Origin: Cyanophyceae cyanobacterium
Lineage (GTDB): Bacteria; Cyanobacteriota; Cyanobacteriia; Cyanobacteriales; JBHJGN01
Direction of reading: 5' to 3'
DNA length: 64,000 nucleotides
Assembly (NCBI GenBank): GCA_050331735.1
Contig: JBHJGN010000020.1
Location: forward strand, 1 to 64,000
In this document: positions 52,941 to 64,000 of the stretch, one piece after another
Numbering within the stretch: position 1 is the stretch's first letter
How the letters are laid out: the number at the start of each line of letters is the position of its first letter
The notes under the pieces: generated by a model
What the model was told of the DNA's origin: nothing
The model's input: only the letters and a program-made list of their open reading frames with translations
Databases searched by the model: none
Made by a program: the position numbers and the translations under genes

Positions 52941-54854
52941 TTACCGAATCAAAAGACCGATACCGTTATGAACGCGAGCGGCAGTACTTGGTGAACGGTC
53001 GAGGAGTTGGCCTCCCAAGACAAGTCCTGTGGAGCTACCGCCGTCGAGATTGAGGGCATCAACCGAGCCAAGACGCTGCATGATTGAGGCAAGCTCTGGT
53101 AAAGTAGGGCCTTTTCCACTTGGCGAAGCATGAACCGCTGCGATGACAACTGTGCCGCGAGCCGTTGTGCCAATAGCGCTTCGAGAAGCCGCTTGTTGAT
53201 TGAATGCTGAGGCAAACTGCTCAGAAGCTGAGTCGAGCACAACTTGGCGATTTTGCAGCAGCAGCGGACCGGCCCCGACAATATGGGGATAGGGGGTCAA
53301 CTCCGCCGGGAGAACTTGGCTTTGCAGGTTCACTTCTATCTCTACCGGTAAAGCGGCATTCAAGGATTCATTGGCTCTGAGAATGAGCAGATAGCCTTTC
53401 TCAGGAACAGAAACTGGATTGCTTCCAGCAACACCTAACTTGAGTTTTTGAGTGACTCGACGATCTTCAACCCAAATTGCCGTCTCGCCGTCGGTAAGAG
53501 GTGTGTAAGTTGAGCCCCAGTCTTTGGTATAGCGAGCCAGTCCGGCTGTGACGTAACCGCTGTTTAAAAACGGAACGGGCAACCGGTCGCCCCGAGAAGT
53601 CGTAATCGCTTCCTCAAGTTGCAGGCGAGCAATTTCGACTGCGCCCTGATTGTTCCAGGCGATCGCCCCTCGGTTTAAAATTGGTCCAGACAGCCAGCGA
53701 CCGTCTCGACGAATGGCTCCTAGAGGAAGTTGATTCTTGCGATTGAAAAAGCCCCCGTTAATGGCGGCTGAGGCTTGATGAGCCTGAGCGATCGTCAACA
53801 GGGGGGCAAGGCCTTTTGCCTGAGAGTGACTGGTGATGGGGTGCAAAACAGTTGTGTCGCTGAGAGTCACCTCTAGCCAGGTTACCGGAAACGAGCGCTT
53901 AGAAGAGGCGGTGGCGCTGGTGTTGAGTAAAACATTCTGTTGATGCCACTGCACTCCCGGTCCCCAATGAATTTCTCGCTCGACGAGCGTCTCAGAGCGA
54001 ACATCGACGACGAGGCGGTAAGGGTCGGCCAGACTGAAAACTCGCAATTTCTTGCCCTCAAGAAGCTGAACGCGAAGCTTGACTTGAGCTTCTGAGCTTT
54101 CTAGAGCGATGGGATCAGGAGGGGGAGAACCTGGACTTGAGCCTTCTGCTCCTGTTGCCTCGGTTGAATTAAAGGAGCGATGCTGAAGGAGCTTCGACAA
54201 AGTGACTCCTTCAAGAGTAACAACGCCTTCCTGCTGATTTTGACTAAGCTGCCAGGGAACAGGGCGATCTAAATCGAGAACAATTCGTTGTCCCCAGTCT
54301 TGCTGCCCCTGGCGAACCTTCAATATTTGTGCTGAAGGAAAATTAATTTCTAAAGTCTTCCCTCGCGTCTGTAGTTGCCAGTGAGCGGAGGCAGCTACAT
54401 CAGTAATGTCTAGATATCTATAGGGACTCAAAAATTGAGCCGTTAGCAGCAGGGGGGAATTGGAAAAATACTGTATCGGCTGGCTAGAGGAATTTTGGGT
54501 ACTGAGTAGTTCTAGTCCAAGTAGCTGCATGGCTCCAGTATCACTAATTCCGGTTCGCAGAGTTTCTGCTTGCCACTGTATCCAGGCAACCGGGTATTTC
54601 TGCCCATTGAGCGCAATTTCTTGTCCCTGACGTTTGGATACGGAAGCCACACTTTCCTTTTCTGCTTGACTTGGCATGAAGGCTGTCGTTGTCACAGCCC
54701 GCATCGCGGAAGTATTTTTGTGAAGCGATGGCTGCAACGAGAGAGCTTGAGCAGAGTAAGTCCAACAGCCGCACAAAATCGGTAGCCCAAACGCCCTGAG
54801 TCGGCTCGAAAGCCTTGACAGCATAATGCCTTTACCGTTATTCATGCAGTCCAC
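52941..54854 (-). CDS. Phosphodiester glycosidase (NAGPA/DUF2233) family exported protein
   Basis: AAINGGFF, GAGPLL and ALNLDGGSST. The start codon is uncertain. Confidence 0.85.
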   Translation of the reverse strand: MDCMNNGKGIMLSRLSSRLRAFGLPILCGCWTYSAQALSLQPSLHKNTSAMRAVTTTAFMPSQAEKESVASVSKRQGQEIALNGQKYPVAWIQWQAETLRTGISDTGAMQLLGLELLSTQNSSSQPIQYFSNSPLLLTAQFLSPYRYLDITDVAASAHWQLQTRGKTLEINFPSAQILKVRQGQQDWGQRIVLDLDRPVPWQLSQNQQEGVVTLEGVTLSKLLQHRSFNSTEATGAEGSSPGSPPPDPIALESSEAQVKLRVQLLEGKKLRVFSLADPYRLVVDVRSETLVEREIHWGPGVQWHQQNVLLNTSATASSKRSFPVTWLEVTLSDTTVLHPITSHSQAKGLAPLLTIAQAHQASAAINGGFFNRKNQLPLGAIRRDGRWLSGPILNRGAIAWNNQGAVEIARLQLEEAITTSRGDRLPVPFLNSGYVTAGLARYTKDWGSTYTPLTDGETAIWVEDRRVTQKLKLGVAGSNPVSVPEKGYLLILRANESLNAALPVEIEVNLQSQVLPAELTPYPHIVGAGPLLLQNRQVVLDSASEQFASAFNQQAASRSAIGTTARGTVVIAAVHASPSGKGPTLPELASIMQRLGSVDALNLDGGSSTGLVLGGQLLDRSPSTAARVHNGIGLLIR

Positions 54855-55416
54855 CTTATGATTAATGGCACAATTTTTCTAATCCGAGCAGTCAGGGAAA
54901 AAAATCATCAAGGATCAATGACTTTCATGCTGACTAATGCTACAATTTCCTTCCCGACAGACTGCATAATAATATTAGAAGCTTTAGATATTCGGTTCAG
55001 TACAGCTTAACTGCTTCTAGCTTTGATTTGTTGTTTTTGCTACGGTACAAGCCAGCATGTTGTGCTTAAGCAAAAGCTTTCTTAAAAAAATCTGCTGTTG
55101 ACTTCTAAAAAGAAGATCAAGGATGATATCTAAAAGCAGGAAACTTTTGACTGGATTAGTCTCGCTACCACAGGCGAAGCGTTCTTGCTCACCAGGAATC
55201 TAGGAATCTTCTTCGTTAAACGCTATTTTGAGGCTCTTTTAAACTTGGGCTTCAGTCCAAACTTCGACTAACGACGGCGGAAGTGCGAAGATTTTAACGT
55301 CCCTGAGCTGAAGACAGCCGACTCATTTGCAATCGTCTCTTTCCTTTGGCTTCCTAAACTCCTGACAGACTAAGCGGGTCATCGATTGGCGCTATTAAAA
55401 CGGAATTAATTTCTAT

Positions 55417-58400
55417 ATGAACGATAGATTAACAATGACAGACAACTATCATGATTGGCAACAACATTCTGGTCAAGAAGCTCCCTATCAAGGCCAAAAA
55501 TGGCTTGTAGAAGAGAGAGATGCCTGCGGCGTTGGCTTTATTGCTGACGTCAACGGTCAAGCAAGTCATCAGCTCATTGAACAATCTTTGTTAGCTCTAG
55601 GCTGTCTAGAGCACCGCGGTGGCTGTAGTGCAGACCGAGATTCGGGGGACGGTTCGGGATTAATGACTGGCATCCCTGAGTCATTGTTCCGAGTGTGGTT
55701 TGAGCAACAGAACATTGTCATGCCCGAGCGCGAACACTGGGGAGTAGGCATGGTGTTTCTACCGCAAGATGCTGCTGAGGCTGAGCAATCTCGGAACTAC
55801 ATTCAACAGATTATTGCAGACGAAAATTTAACGGTACTAGGCTGGCGAGAAGTCCCTGTGCTTCCAGAGGTTTTAGGGGAACGGGCAAGAGAAAATCAGC
55901 CCCGCATCGAACAGGTTATTGTGACATCGCTGGACAACCTTCGAGGGGACGATCTAGATCGAGTACTCTACATTGCCCGCTCTCGTATTGGTAAGCAGTT
56001 GTCGGATGATTTCTATCTCTGTTCTTTCTCTTGCCGCACCCTTGTATACAAGGGAATGGTGCGCTCAGCCGTATTGAAAGAATTTTACCCAGATTTAAAG
56101 AATCCTCACTATCAAAGCTCATTTGCCGTCTACCACCGCCGCTTCAGCACTAACACGATGCCAAGATGGCCCCTAGCTCAACCGATGCGGTTGCTGGGTC
56201 ACAACGGAGAGATTAATACGCTGCTCGGCAACATTAACTGGATGAAAACCAGGGAGGCCAATCTACAGGTGCCAGGATGGCAAGCTGACGAGCTAGAAGG
56301 GCTAAAGCCGATCGTTAACCAAGAACATAGCGACTCGTTCAATTTAGATAGTGCGATGGAGCTGCTGGTGCGCACAGGCCGTAGTCCACTAGAAGCGGCG
56401 ACTATCTTGGTGCCGGAAGCGTATCAAAACCAGCCCGACCTAGAGCAACATCCGGAAATTACAGACTTCTATGAATACTATAGTAGCCTCCAAGAGCCTT
56501 GGGATGGACCAGCACTGCTGGTATTTAGCGATGGAAAAACAGTGGGAGCGTCTCTAGATCGCAATGGTTTGCGTCCAGCTCGCTATAGCATTACGAAAGA
56601 CGGCTATGTGGTTGTTGCTTCAGAAACTGGCGTAGTCGAGCTACTCAACGCTGACGTTGTTGAGAAGGGCAGATTAGGTCCAGGACAAATGATTGCGGTG
56701 GATTTGCAGACCCACGAAATTCTTAAAAATTGGGACATCAAGCAGCGAGTGGCTCAGAAGAAAAACTACGGGCAGTGGGTCCGGGAACATCGGAAAACCG
56801 TCGAGCGGCAGGCTTTTTGTCCTCAAGCTCAGCTCAATCCGTCTGAGCTACTCAAGAGTCAAACCGCCTTTGGCTACACAGCAGAAGATGTAGAAATGAT
56901 TGTTGTGCCGATGGCGACTCAGGGGAAAGAGCCAACCTTCTGTATGGGGGATGATATTCCGTTAGCCATTCTATCGGATAAGCCCCGCCTGCTCTACGAT
57001 TACTTTAAGCAGCGCTTTGCTCAGGTCACCAATCCTCCTATCGATCCGCTGCGGGAAAGCTTGGTGATGTCTTTGAGTATGCAGTTGGGCAAGCGCGGAA
57101 ACCTATTGGACATTACTCCCGAAGCCGCTCGGCTGCTCAAGCTGGACACCCCGATTCTCAATCAGGCGGAACTAGAGGCGATCGCGACTTCCGGTTTTAA
57201 AACGGTGCAGCTATCAACGCTGTTTGACATTGCCGACGGACCCGCCGGTTTAAAGGCAGCCATAACCACCCTGTGTGCTCGAGCCGAGGAGGCGGTTCGA
57301 GCCGGAGCGGAGATGGTGGTGCTCAGCGATCGCGGCGCAGATGACACCGCTCATCTACAGGAAGAACGAAGCTATATCCCGCCCCTGCTAGCGGTAGGAG
57401 CCGTTCACCATCACTTGATTCGTCAAGGATTGAGACTGGCAGCCTCGCTGATTATTGATACGGCGCAGTGCTGGAGTACCCATCATTTTGCCTGCCTAAT
57501 CGGCTATGGCGCATCCGCGGTGTGTCCCTATCTAGCGCTAGAAACCGTCCGGGCCTGGTGGAGCGATCCAAAAACGCAAAAAATGATGGAGCGGGGCAAA
57601 CTCGAGCAAATTTCCATAGAAACTGCCCAACAGCAATACCGGAAGTCGGTAGAAGCGGGTTTGCTCAAAATTCTCTCGAAGATGGGGATTTCGCTGCTCA
57701 GTTCCTATCATGGAGCACAGATATTTGAGGCTCTCGGTCTGGGCATGGATGTAGTCAATTTAGCCTTTGCGGGAACAACGTCCCGCGTCGGCGGCATGAG
57801 CCTTCAGGAGTTAGCCCAGGAAGTGATTGCCTTTCATAGGCGGGCTTTTCCTAACTTGGAAGGTAAAAAGCTAGAAAACTTTGGCTTTATTAACTACCGT
57901 CCGGGCGGAGAGTATCATATGAACTCTCCAGAAATGGCCAAGGCGCTGCATAAAGCCGTAGCTGAGCAAGACTACAACCACTACGAAGTGTATCAACAGT
58001 TCCTCGCCGGAAGACCCGTAACGGCCCTGCGGGATCTGCTAGATCTGAAGGGGGACCGGGACGCCATCAATATCAACGAAGTCGAATCCGTTGAGGAAAT
58101 CGTTAAGCGTTTCTGCACCGGGGCCATGTCATTGGGCTCCCTCTCACGAGAAGCGCACGAAACTCTAGCGATCGCCATGAACCGCCTTGGCGGCAAATCT
58201 AACTCCGGGGAAGGCGGAGAAGATCCGCTGCGGTTTACCGTGCTCAACGATGTGGACGACAACGGACATTCTCCGACCTTACCGCACCTGAAAGGACTAC
58301 GAAATGGCGATACGGCCAGTTCTGCCACCAAACAAGTTGCGTCCGGTCGCTTTGGGGTGACCCCTGAATACTTAATGAGCGCCCAGCAGCTAGAAATTAA

Positions 58401-60054
58401 AATTGCTCAAGGAGCCAAGCCAGGGGAAGGCGGACAGCTTCCCGGTAAAAAGGTCAGTCCTTACATTGCCATGCTGCGGCGGTCTAAGCCGGGAGTACCG
58501 CTGATTTCCCCACCGCCTCATCACGACATCTATTCGATTGAAGATCTGTTTCAGCTTATTTTTGATCTGCACCAAATTAACCCAAACGCCAAAGTGTCGG
58601 TCAAGCTGGTCGCTGAAATCGGCATTGGCACCATTGCCGCTGGGGTGGCCAAAGCCAACGCAGACGTCATTCAAATTTCCGGTCACGATGGCGGCACGGG
58701 AGCATCTCCGCTCAGCTCCATCAAACATGCTGGAGTTCCCTGGGAACTGGGAGTAACGGAAGTTCACCGTGTGCTGATGGAAAACGGGCTGCGCGATCGC
58801 GTACTGCTGCGGGCCGATGGGGGCTTCAAAACCGGACACGATGTCGTGATGGCGGCGTTGATGGGAGCGGAAGAATACGGCTTCGGTTCAGTATCTATGA
58901 TTGCTGAAGGCTGTATCATGGCCCGAATCTGCCACACCAACAACTGCCCTGTCGGTGTGGCCTCTCAGCAGGAAAGACTTCGCCAGCGCTTTACCGGAAT
59001 GCCGGAGCACGTCGTTAATTTCTTCTACTTCGTCGCTCAAGAGGTTCGCTCTCTGCTCGCTCGCTTAGGCTATCGCCGTCTCGAAGACATTATTGGCCGG
59101 GGGGATCTGCTAACCCGCCGTGCAGCTCCGCTCACCAAGACGAACGGCTTGATTTTGGACTGCTTGACTAACCTCCCCGATGTCCGCTCAGACCGAAGCT
59201 GGCTCAACCATGAAGCTGTACACAGCAACGGACCTGTGTTAGACGATGAACTGTTAGCCGATGCAGAGATGGCCGCCGCCATCCGCAACCAGGGGGCAGT
59301 TACCAAAGAGGTCACCCTCCTTAACACAGACCGGACTGTGGGCGCCAGAATTGCTGGACAAATTGCCAAACAGTACGGAGACACCGGATTTGAGGGCGAA
59401 ATGACCCTCACGTTTCAGGGAGCCGCTGGGCAAAGCTTTGGGGCTTTTAATCTCCCTGGCATGAACCTGGTGTTAGTTGGAGAAGCAAACGACTACGTGG
59501 GTAAGGGCATGCATGGAGGCGAGATCGTTATCGTCCCTCCTCAAGATGTTTGCTATGACCCGGCAGAAAACGTTCTCATCGGCAATACCTGTCTTTACGG
59601 CGCGACGGGAGGCGTTCTCTACGCCAATGGACGCGCTGGCGAACGTTTTGCGGTTAGAAACTCCAAGGGCCAAGCCGTGATCGAAGGAGCTGGCGATCAC
59701 TGCTGCGAATATATGACGGGCGGTGTCGTTGTTGTGTTAGGGACAGTCGGACGAAATGTCGGTGCTGGCATGACGGGCGGTTTGGCTTACTTCCTCGATG
59801 AGGACGATAGCTTCATTAAGAAAGTCAACTCAGATGTCAAGATTCAGCGGCTCAGTACTAAAGCCGGGAAACAGCAGCTCAAAGCACTCATTGAAGCTCA
59901 CAGGGAGAGGACGGGAAGCCAGAAAGCCAAAACGATTTTAGACAATTGGGAATCAGCAGTCGAGCAATTCTGGCAAGCTATCCCGCCTTCAGAAGCTGAA
60001 ACTCCCGAAGCGCAGTCGATTACAGCAGCAGAAAAACCGCTGTCTGCTGTTTAG
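55417..60054 (+). CDS. glsF: Ferredoxin-dependent glutamate synthase
   Basis: ERDA|CGVGF Ntn cysteine, [20 protein letters not shown] and [13 protein letters not shown]; no gltD alongside. Confidence 0.95.
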   Translation: MNDRLTMTDNYHDWQQHSGQEAPYQGQKWLVEERDACGVGFIADVNGQASHQLIEQSLLALGCLEHRGGCSADRDSGDGSGLMTGIPESLFRVWFEQQNIVMPEREHWGVGMVFLPQDAAEAEQSRNYIQQIIADENLTVLGWREVPVLPEVLGERARENQPRIEQVIVTSLDNLRGDDLDRVLYIARSRIGKQLSDDFYLCSFSCRTLVYKGMVRSAVLKEFYPDLKNPHYQSSFAVYHRRFSTNTMPRWPLAQPMRLLGHNGEINTLLGNINWMKTREANLQVPGWQADELEGLKPIVNQEHSDSFNLDSAMELLVRTGRSPLEAATILVPEAYQNQPDLEQHPEITDFYEYYSSLQEPWDGPALLVFSDGKTVGASLDRNGLRPARYSITKDGYVVVASETGVVELLNADVVEKGRLGPGQMIAVDLQTHEILKNWDIKQRVAQKKNYGQWVREHRKTVERQAFCPQAQLNPSELLKSQTAFGYTAEDVEMIVVPMATQGKEPTFCMGDDIPLAILSDKPRLLYDYFKQRFAQVTNPPIDPLRESLVMSLSMQLGKRGNLLDITPEAARLLKLDTPILNQAELEAIATSGFKTVQLSTLFDIADGPAGLKAAITTLCARAEEAVRAGAEMVVLSDRGADDTAHLQEERSYIPPLLAVGAVHHHLIRQGLRLAASLIIDTAQCWSTHHFACLIGYGASAVCPYLALETVRAWWSDPKTQKMMERGKLEQISIETAQQQYRKSVEAGLLKILSKMGISLLSSYHGAQIFEALGLGMDVVNLAFAGTTSRVGGMSLQELAQEVIAFHRRAFPNLEGKKLENFGFINYRPGGEYHMNSPEMAKALHKAVAEQDYNHYEVYQQFLAGRPVTALRDLLDLKGDRDAININEVESVEEIVKRFCTGAMSLGSLSREAHETLAIAMNRLGGKSNSGEGGEDPLRFTVLNDVDDNGHSPTLPHLKGLRNGDTASSATKQVASGRFGVTPEYLMSAQQLEIKIAQGAKPGEGGQLPGKKVSPYIAMLRRSKPGVPLISPPPHHDIYSIEDLFQLIFDLHQINPNAKVSVKLVAEIGIGTIAAGVAKANADVIQISGHDGGTGASPLSSIKHAGVPWELGVTEVHRVLMENGLRDRVLLRADGGFKTGHDVVMAALMGAEEYGFGSVSMIAEGCIMARICHTNNCPVGVASQQERLRQRFTGMPEHVVNFFYFVAQEVRSLLARLGYRRLEDIIGRGDLLTRRAAPLTKTNGLILDCLTNLPDVRSDRSWLNHEAVHSNGPVLDDELLADAEMAAAIRNQGAVTKEVTLLNTDRTVGARIAGQIAKQYGDTGFEGEMTLTFQGAAGQSFGAFNLPGMNLVLVGEANDYVGKGMHGGEIVIVPPQDVCYDPAENVLIGNTCLYGATGGVLYANGRAGERFAVRNSKGQAVIEGAGDHCCEYMTGGVVVVLGTVGRNVGAGMTGGLAYFLDEDDSFIKKVNSDVKIQRLSTKAGKQQLKALIEAHRERTGSQKAKTILDNWESAVEQFWQAIPPSEAETPEAQSITAAEKPLSAV

Positions 60055-60189
60055 AATCTAAGGAGGAAGGGAATTGATTCAAGTTGGTCAAGGCTGGTCA
60101 GTCTCTCCTCCGCGGTTAAAGATGAATAAAATCCAAAACTCCGGGAAGAGCAGAAACACAGGCTCTCTCTTCCTCCTCGTCAAGCCTCT

Positions 60190-61548
60190 TCATGGTGCAC
60201 GTCTTTCCCGTTCTTGTTGTTGCATTAATTTGTGGGCAATTTCGTACCATGCTTCTCTGAACTGCTGATGGTCTGCCGTATTGGTTAATTTTACGCCCGC
60301 AAGTTCTGGATACTGAGCGTAAAACTGGTCGTCAACTCGCTGGTAAAAAGCTCCTTGATTAATATTCAAAGCCCGAAGACGCTGAGAAAGCTGCTGTTGC
60401 AGAGTTTCTTCTGTCTGATTTGGAGCAGGGCGATGAAAAGATGAATTCAAGACTCGCACTCCAGCAAAAGCTACTAGTGCAGGCAGAATAACAATACTGC
60501 TGCGGACAAACGTTCTTTTGAGAGCTTCTAGAACTTGAGGTTGATAGCGAGACAGGTCGAGTCGCGGTAGGCGAGGCTTAGGCAAGCTGAACTGTGGCCA
60601 TTTGAGTGCCGAAGGCTCTGGTTGATGACCTTGAGTGGGAGCACTGAGGCGATCGCCTGGGGCCACGACTAAAGTGCGAAATCCCGACAGCAGCCGACTC
60701 GCCAGAGGAAATTCCTGTCGTTCTAAAATTTGTCGAACCTGTTGAGCGGATTGATAGCGATCGCTCGGCTGGGACGCTAGCATACGCTCTAATACTTTGG
60801 CTAAACCACTGCTGATTTCTACCTCTCGCCACTGCCAAGCCTGCCAATCGCGATCGTACAGTTCGTGGGGGTGTTTCCCGGTGAGCAACACCAGCACCGT
60901 CACGGCTAAGGCATAGAGATCGCTATGGGGAAACGCTTGACCGTGGAGCATTTGTTCTTCTGGGGCATACCCCTGTTTACCAACCAGCGTGACCGTTTTG
61001 GCTCCCGTGACGGCGTTAGCGGCAATTTTGACGCAGCCAAAGTCAATCAGGACTGGCTTACGGTCAGACTGCCTCTGAATTAAGTTATCTGGAGAAATAT
61101 CGCGGTGAATCACGTCAAGAGCGTGAATGTATTCTAATACGGGCAGCAGATCGAGCAGCAGTTGAGTGACTTCCGTCTCGTTAAAGAGCTTGCCTTGTCG
61201 CAATTGTTGCCAATAGCTTTGTCCTTCAATGTATTCCTGAACTAAAAATAGAGCGTCTTTGCTCTGTAGCCGCAGCCGCAGTAGCTGGCGAGAACGGGGA
61301 ATTTGCTCGTGTCTTAGCTCTTTGAGAATCCCGGCTTCTCGCTTGAGTAACTCTTCTGCTTTCTTAAGTTGAGAACTTTCTACCTGGGGAGCGAATTCTT
61401 TGAGAACGCACTTTTCTCGGCACTGAAGATCCTGGGCTAAATAGGTGCGCCCAAATCCACCGCCGCCCAGTTGAGCCAGAATTTGATAGCGGTCGTCAAG
61501 AATTGAACCAGTCTCAAGAGAAAATCCGTGTTGTGGCATAGCAAGCAA
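60190..61548 (-). CDS. Ser/Thr protein kinase with C-terminal TM segment and extracytoplasmic domain
   Basis: LGGGGFG, VLKEF, HRDISPDN, DFG, YAPEEQ and SDLYAL. Confidence 0.93.
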   Translation of the reverse strand: MLAMPQHGFSLETGSILDDRYQILAQLGGGGFGRTYLAQDLQCREKCVLKEFAPQVESSQLKKAEELLKREAGILKELRHEQIPRSRQLLRLRLQSKDALFLVQEYIEGQSYWQQLRQGKLFNETEVTQLLLDLLPVLEYIHALDVIHRDISPDNLIQRQSDRKPVLIDFGCVKIAANAVTGAKTVTLVGKQGYAPEEQMLHGQAFPHSDLYALAVTVLVLLTGKHPHELYDRDWQAWQWREVEISSGLAKVLERMLASQPSDRYQSAQQVRQILERQEFPLASRLLSGFRTLVVAPGDRLSAPTQGHQPEPSALKWPQFSLPKPRLPRLDLSRYQPQVLEALKRTFVRSSIVILPALVAFAGVRVLNSSFHRPAPNQTEETLQQQLSQRLRALNINQGAFYQRVDDQFYAQYPELAGVKLTNTADHQQFREAWYEIAHKLMQQQERERRAP

Positions 61549-61719
61549 GAGGGACTGGAAAACTAAGCCTATTTTATCAAACCCCGGATTTGGCGCTCAT
61601 CGATCAAGCCTGCGACGGGAGCCAGGGAGGAATCGTTTCAATAGCGAACAGGACATCATGAGCAGTGACCCGTTTTTGGTTTGGCACAGCCGGTTCAGTG
61701 CTCATTGTTTTTCAAGAAA

Positions 61720-62820
61720 CTACAAATCTTCTCGGCCTTCAGTCAGTTCCTCTAGGGACTGATTTTCGTATTCCTGGAGAGATTGATGTCGCTGCCGGCG
61801 GGAAAGACGTCGATATTTTTTGGTGGCTAGCTTGGGTTCATACTGATGCTGACCAGATTCTTTGACCTTAAGCTTGAGGCTTGGCTCTTCGTCGGGTCTG
61901 CTGTGTAACTCTTGCGAACGGGCGATCGCCTCTTCTAAATACTTGAGGTAATGCTCGTAGCGCTCCCAGTCGCCGCGGACAACGCAGTTTGGTTCATCTC
62001 GATGGAGGCAATTGCTGAACTGGCAGTGGCCTTGGGCGAGTCGCTGGCGGATTTCTGGAAAGTAATCCGCCAAAGCAGATGGAGCGCATTCCAGGTCCGG
62101 TTGATTAAATCCTGGACTGTCGGCAAGCAGCCCACAGCCATGAAGTTCAAAGAGCTCAACGTGACGAGTTGTATGGCGACCGCGACCCAGCTTTCCCGAT
62201 ACTTGTCCGACCCGAACCGCTGCTCCTGTGGGAATTAACGCCTTGATTAGACTTGATTTCCCCACTCCACTAGGTCCGGCCAGAATCGTGATTTGCTGCT
62301 TGAGGCGCTCTCCGAGAGCCTCTAATCCTTGGCCGTTAGCAACGCTGATGAATGCCGGGGTGTATCCCCACTCGTTCAGGCGCTGCTGCCACTGACGCTG
62401 GCGTTCAGGGCTAACCAAATCGGCTTTATTCAGGCACAAACAGAGTTCGAGGGCCACAGATTCAGCCTTGACGAGGAAGCGACTGAGCTGCCAAGCATCT
62501 AACGCCGGCTCCTCCAGGGCAAATACCAACAGAATCTGGTCGGCGTTAGCGACTGGAGGACGCATGAGCACCGTCTTTCGGGGAAAAACGTGGGCAATGG
62601 CTCCGCGTCCGTCGAGGTTTGGTTCTTCTACGAGGACGCGATCGCCAACCATAACCTTTTGCCCAACTTTTTTGAGCCGCGCACGACGAGTACACAGGAG
62701 GAAAGCAGGAGGAACGCTGCCATAGGGCCAATTTTCTTGGGCACTCAGCGGCTCGAGGCGCACCTGATAGTAGTTAGCCTGAATGGCGACAACGGTTCCT
62801 GGCAAGGCTGTCTCGCTCAC
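61720..62820 (-). CDS. rsgA: Ribosome small subunit-dependent GTPase A
   Basis: NKAD, GPSGVGKSS, GRHTT, DSPG and CQFSNCLHRDEPNC. Confidence 0.96.
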   Translation of the reverse strand: MSETALPGTVVAIQANYYQVRLEPLSAQENWPYGSVPPAFLLCTRRARLKKVGQKVMVGDRVLVEEPNLDGRGAIAHVFPRKTVLMRPPVANADQILLVFALEEPALDAWQLSRFLVKAESVALELCLCLNKADLVSPERQRQWQQRLNEWGYTPAFISVANGQGLEALGERLKQQITILAGPSGVGKSSLIKALIPTGAAVRVGQVSGKLGRGRHTTRHVELFELHGCGLLADSPGFNQPDLECAPSALADYFPEIRQRLAQGHCQFSNCLHRDEPNCVVRGDWERYEHYLKYLEEAIARSQELHSRPDEEPSLKLKVKESGQHQYEPKLATKKYRRLSRRQRHQSLQEYENQSLEELTEGREDL

Positions 62821-63080
62821 GATGACTGCGGACGGCGCACCCTCACTACAAAAAAGTCGCTGCGATTTTCAACGGCTTCAAGCTGGTAGCCTTCCATAAC
62901 GAGGCTGTCAGGAACCTGCTCAATCGGTTCTCCTGGATCTAGCCAGACCTCCAGCAGTGAGCCAGGAGACATCTGTTCGAGCCGGAGTTTGGTGCGAACA
63001 AAGTTAATCGGGCAGGGAGTTCCCCTCAGGTCAAGCTGAGCATCTGGCTGGTCTTCGATGCATCGTGCTGCGGTATTCAC
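62817..63080 (-). CDS. Sulfurtransferase TusA/SirA family protein
   Basis: [12 protein letters not shown] motif. Confidence 0.9.
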   Translation of the reverse strand: MNTAARCIEDQPDAQLDLRGTPCPINFVRTKLRLEQMSPGSLLEVWLDPGEPIEQVPDSLVMEGYQLEAVENRSDFFVVRVRRPQSS

Positions 63081-64000
63081 TTGTGAAATAGTCCTCCCAA
63101 AAACCCTTCAATGCCTCCTTTTCCTGTACTTTCTCCCTTAATTTTGGCTAGCTTTTCCAGTAGATCTTTTTCTTCGGCGCTCACGCGAGTAGGAATTTCA
63201 ACCTGTACTTTGATGAGATGATCCCCCCGGCTCACCGGGTTGCCCAGCTTAGGGACGCCCTTGTTTTCTAGAGTCAACACGGTATCGGGCTGCGTACCGG
63301 CGGGAATGGTGAGCTCCTCCGCACCATCTACCGTATTAACCCTGATCCGGCAGCCAAGGATTGCCTGTAGGTAGCTAACTGAAATTTCTGAAAGAATGTT
63401 GATTCCGTCTCGATTAAACTCTTTGTCCGAGTCCACAAAGAGATAAACATAAAGATCTCCAGGAGCACCGCTGTGCATTCCAGCATCTCCTTCACGAGAG
63501 ACCCGCAGACGAGTGCCGTTGTCTACTCCGGGGGGAACGGTGATCTTGAGCTTCTTTGTCACCTGTTTGCGGCCTTCTCCGCCGCAGTTTTCGCATTTCT
63601 CTTCAATAATCTGTCCCTCTCCACTACAGGTCGGACAGACGGATACTTGGGCGAAGCTGCCGAAGGGAGTTCGGGTAGCGCGCCGCACCTGACCGGAGCC
63701 GCTACAGGTCGGGCAAGTTCGAGAGCCGGAGCCAGGTTTAGCTCCCGACCCGCTACAGACAGAACAAGTTTCCAAATGGGGAATACGAATTTCCCTCTCC
63801 CCGCCAAATACAGCCTCTTTAAATTCCAGTTTGAGATCGAGGCGCAGGTCGTCTCCTCGCACGGGGCCTCCCCGTCGTCGGGAGGCGGTTTGCGCTCCCA
63901 TCCCGCCAAAGCCACCAAAGAAAGATTCAAAGATATCGGCAAAGCCTCCCATATCTCCATAATCAAAGCCAGCACCTCCGCCTCCGGCAACCCCGGCTTC
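63077..64000 (-). CDS. dnaJ: Chaperone DnaJ, partial (J domain lies outside the window)
   Basis: The frame is open to the window end; G/F region, DIF motif, four CxxCxGxG repeats and the C-terminal domain. Confidence 0.96.
   Translation of the reverse strand, partial: EAGVAGGGGAGFDYGDMGGFADIFESFFGGFGGMGAQTASRRRGGPVRGDDLRLDLKLEFKEAVFGGEREIRIPHLETCSVCSGSGAKPGSGSRTCPTCSGSGQVRRATRTPFGSFAQVSVCPTCSGEGQIIEEKCENCGGEGRKQVTKKLKITVPPGVDNGTRLRVSREGDAGMHSGAPGDLYVYLFVDSDKEFNRDGINILSEISVSYLQAILGCRIRVNTVDGAEELTIPAGTQPDTVLTLENKGVPKLGNPVSRGDHLIKVQVEIPTRVSAEEKDLLEKLAKIKGESTGKGGIEGFLGGLFHK

Noticed and set aside
54855..55416. NtcA box upstream of glsF
   Set aside because: No GTA-N8-TAC match found by eye.

Overview
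Core chromosomal region of a cyanobacterium. Support: dense HIP1 GCGATCGC octamers, cyanobacteria-typical families (Ycf66, Ycf46, CGLD27, Uma2, DUF29, cyAbrB) and a ferredoxin-type glutamate synthase. Most of the window is housekeeping: hemE, sdhB, lysS with a C-terminal KTSC domain, tRNA-fMet, rsfS, ileS, pntAB, rpmH-rnpA-PH-yidC-jag-yceD-ycf46, rne-rnhB, pheA, the str operon (rpsL-rpsG-fusA-tuf-rpsJ), glsF, rsgA, a TusA-family gene and a partial dnaJ. Features missed by the ORF track are the left end and first codons of an IS200/IS605-family tnpB at the window start, rpmH, tRNA-fMet, and a pentapeptide-repeat gene broken by three in-frame stops. The most system-like locus is a three-gene cassette: a STAS domain fused to a priming sugar transferase, an RsbW-like kinase, and a GT4 glycosyltransferase. 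It suggests partner-switch control wired directly onto polysaccharide initiation. Other candidates are a glnA-riboswitch-like fold upstream of glsF, an AspH-like dioxygenase/Eis-like acetyltransferase gene pair, and several small repeat elements. I found no CRISPR array, prophage or defence island. All calls come from motif recognition by eye; no searches were run.
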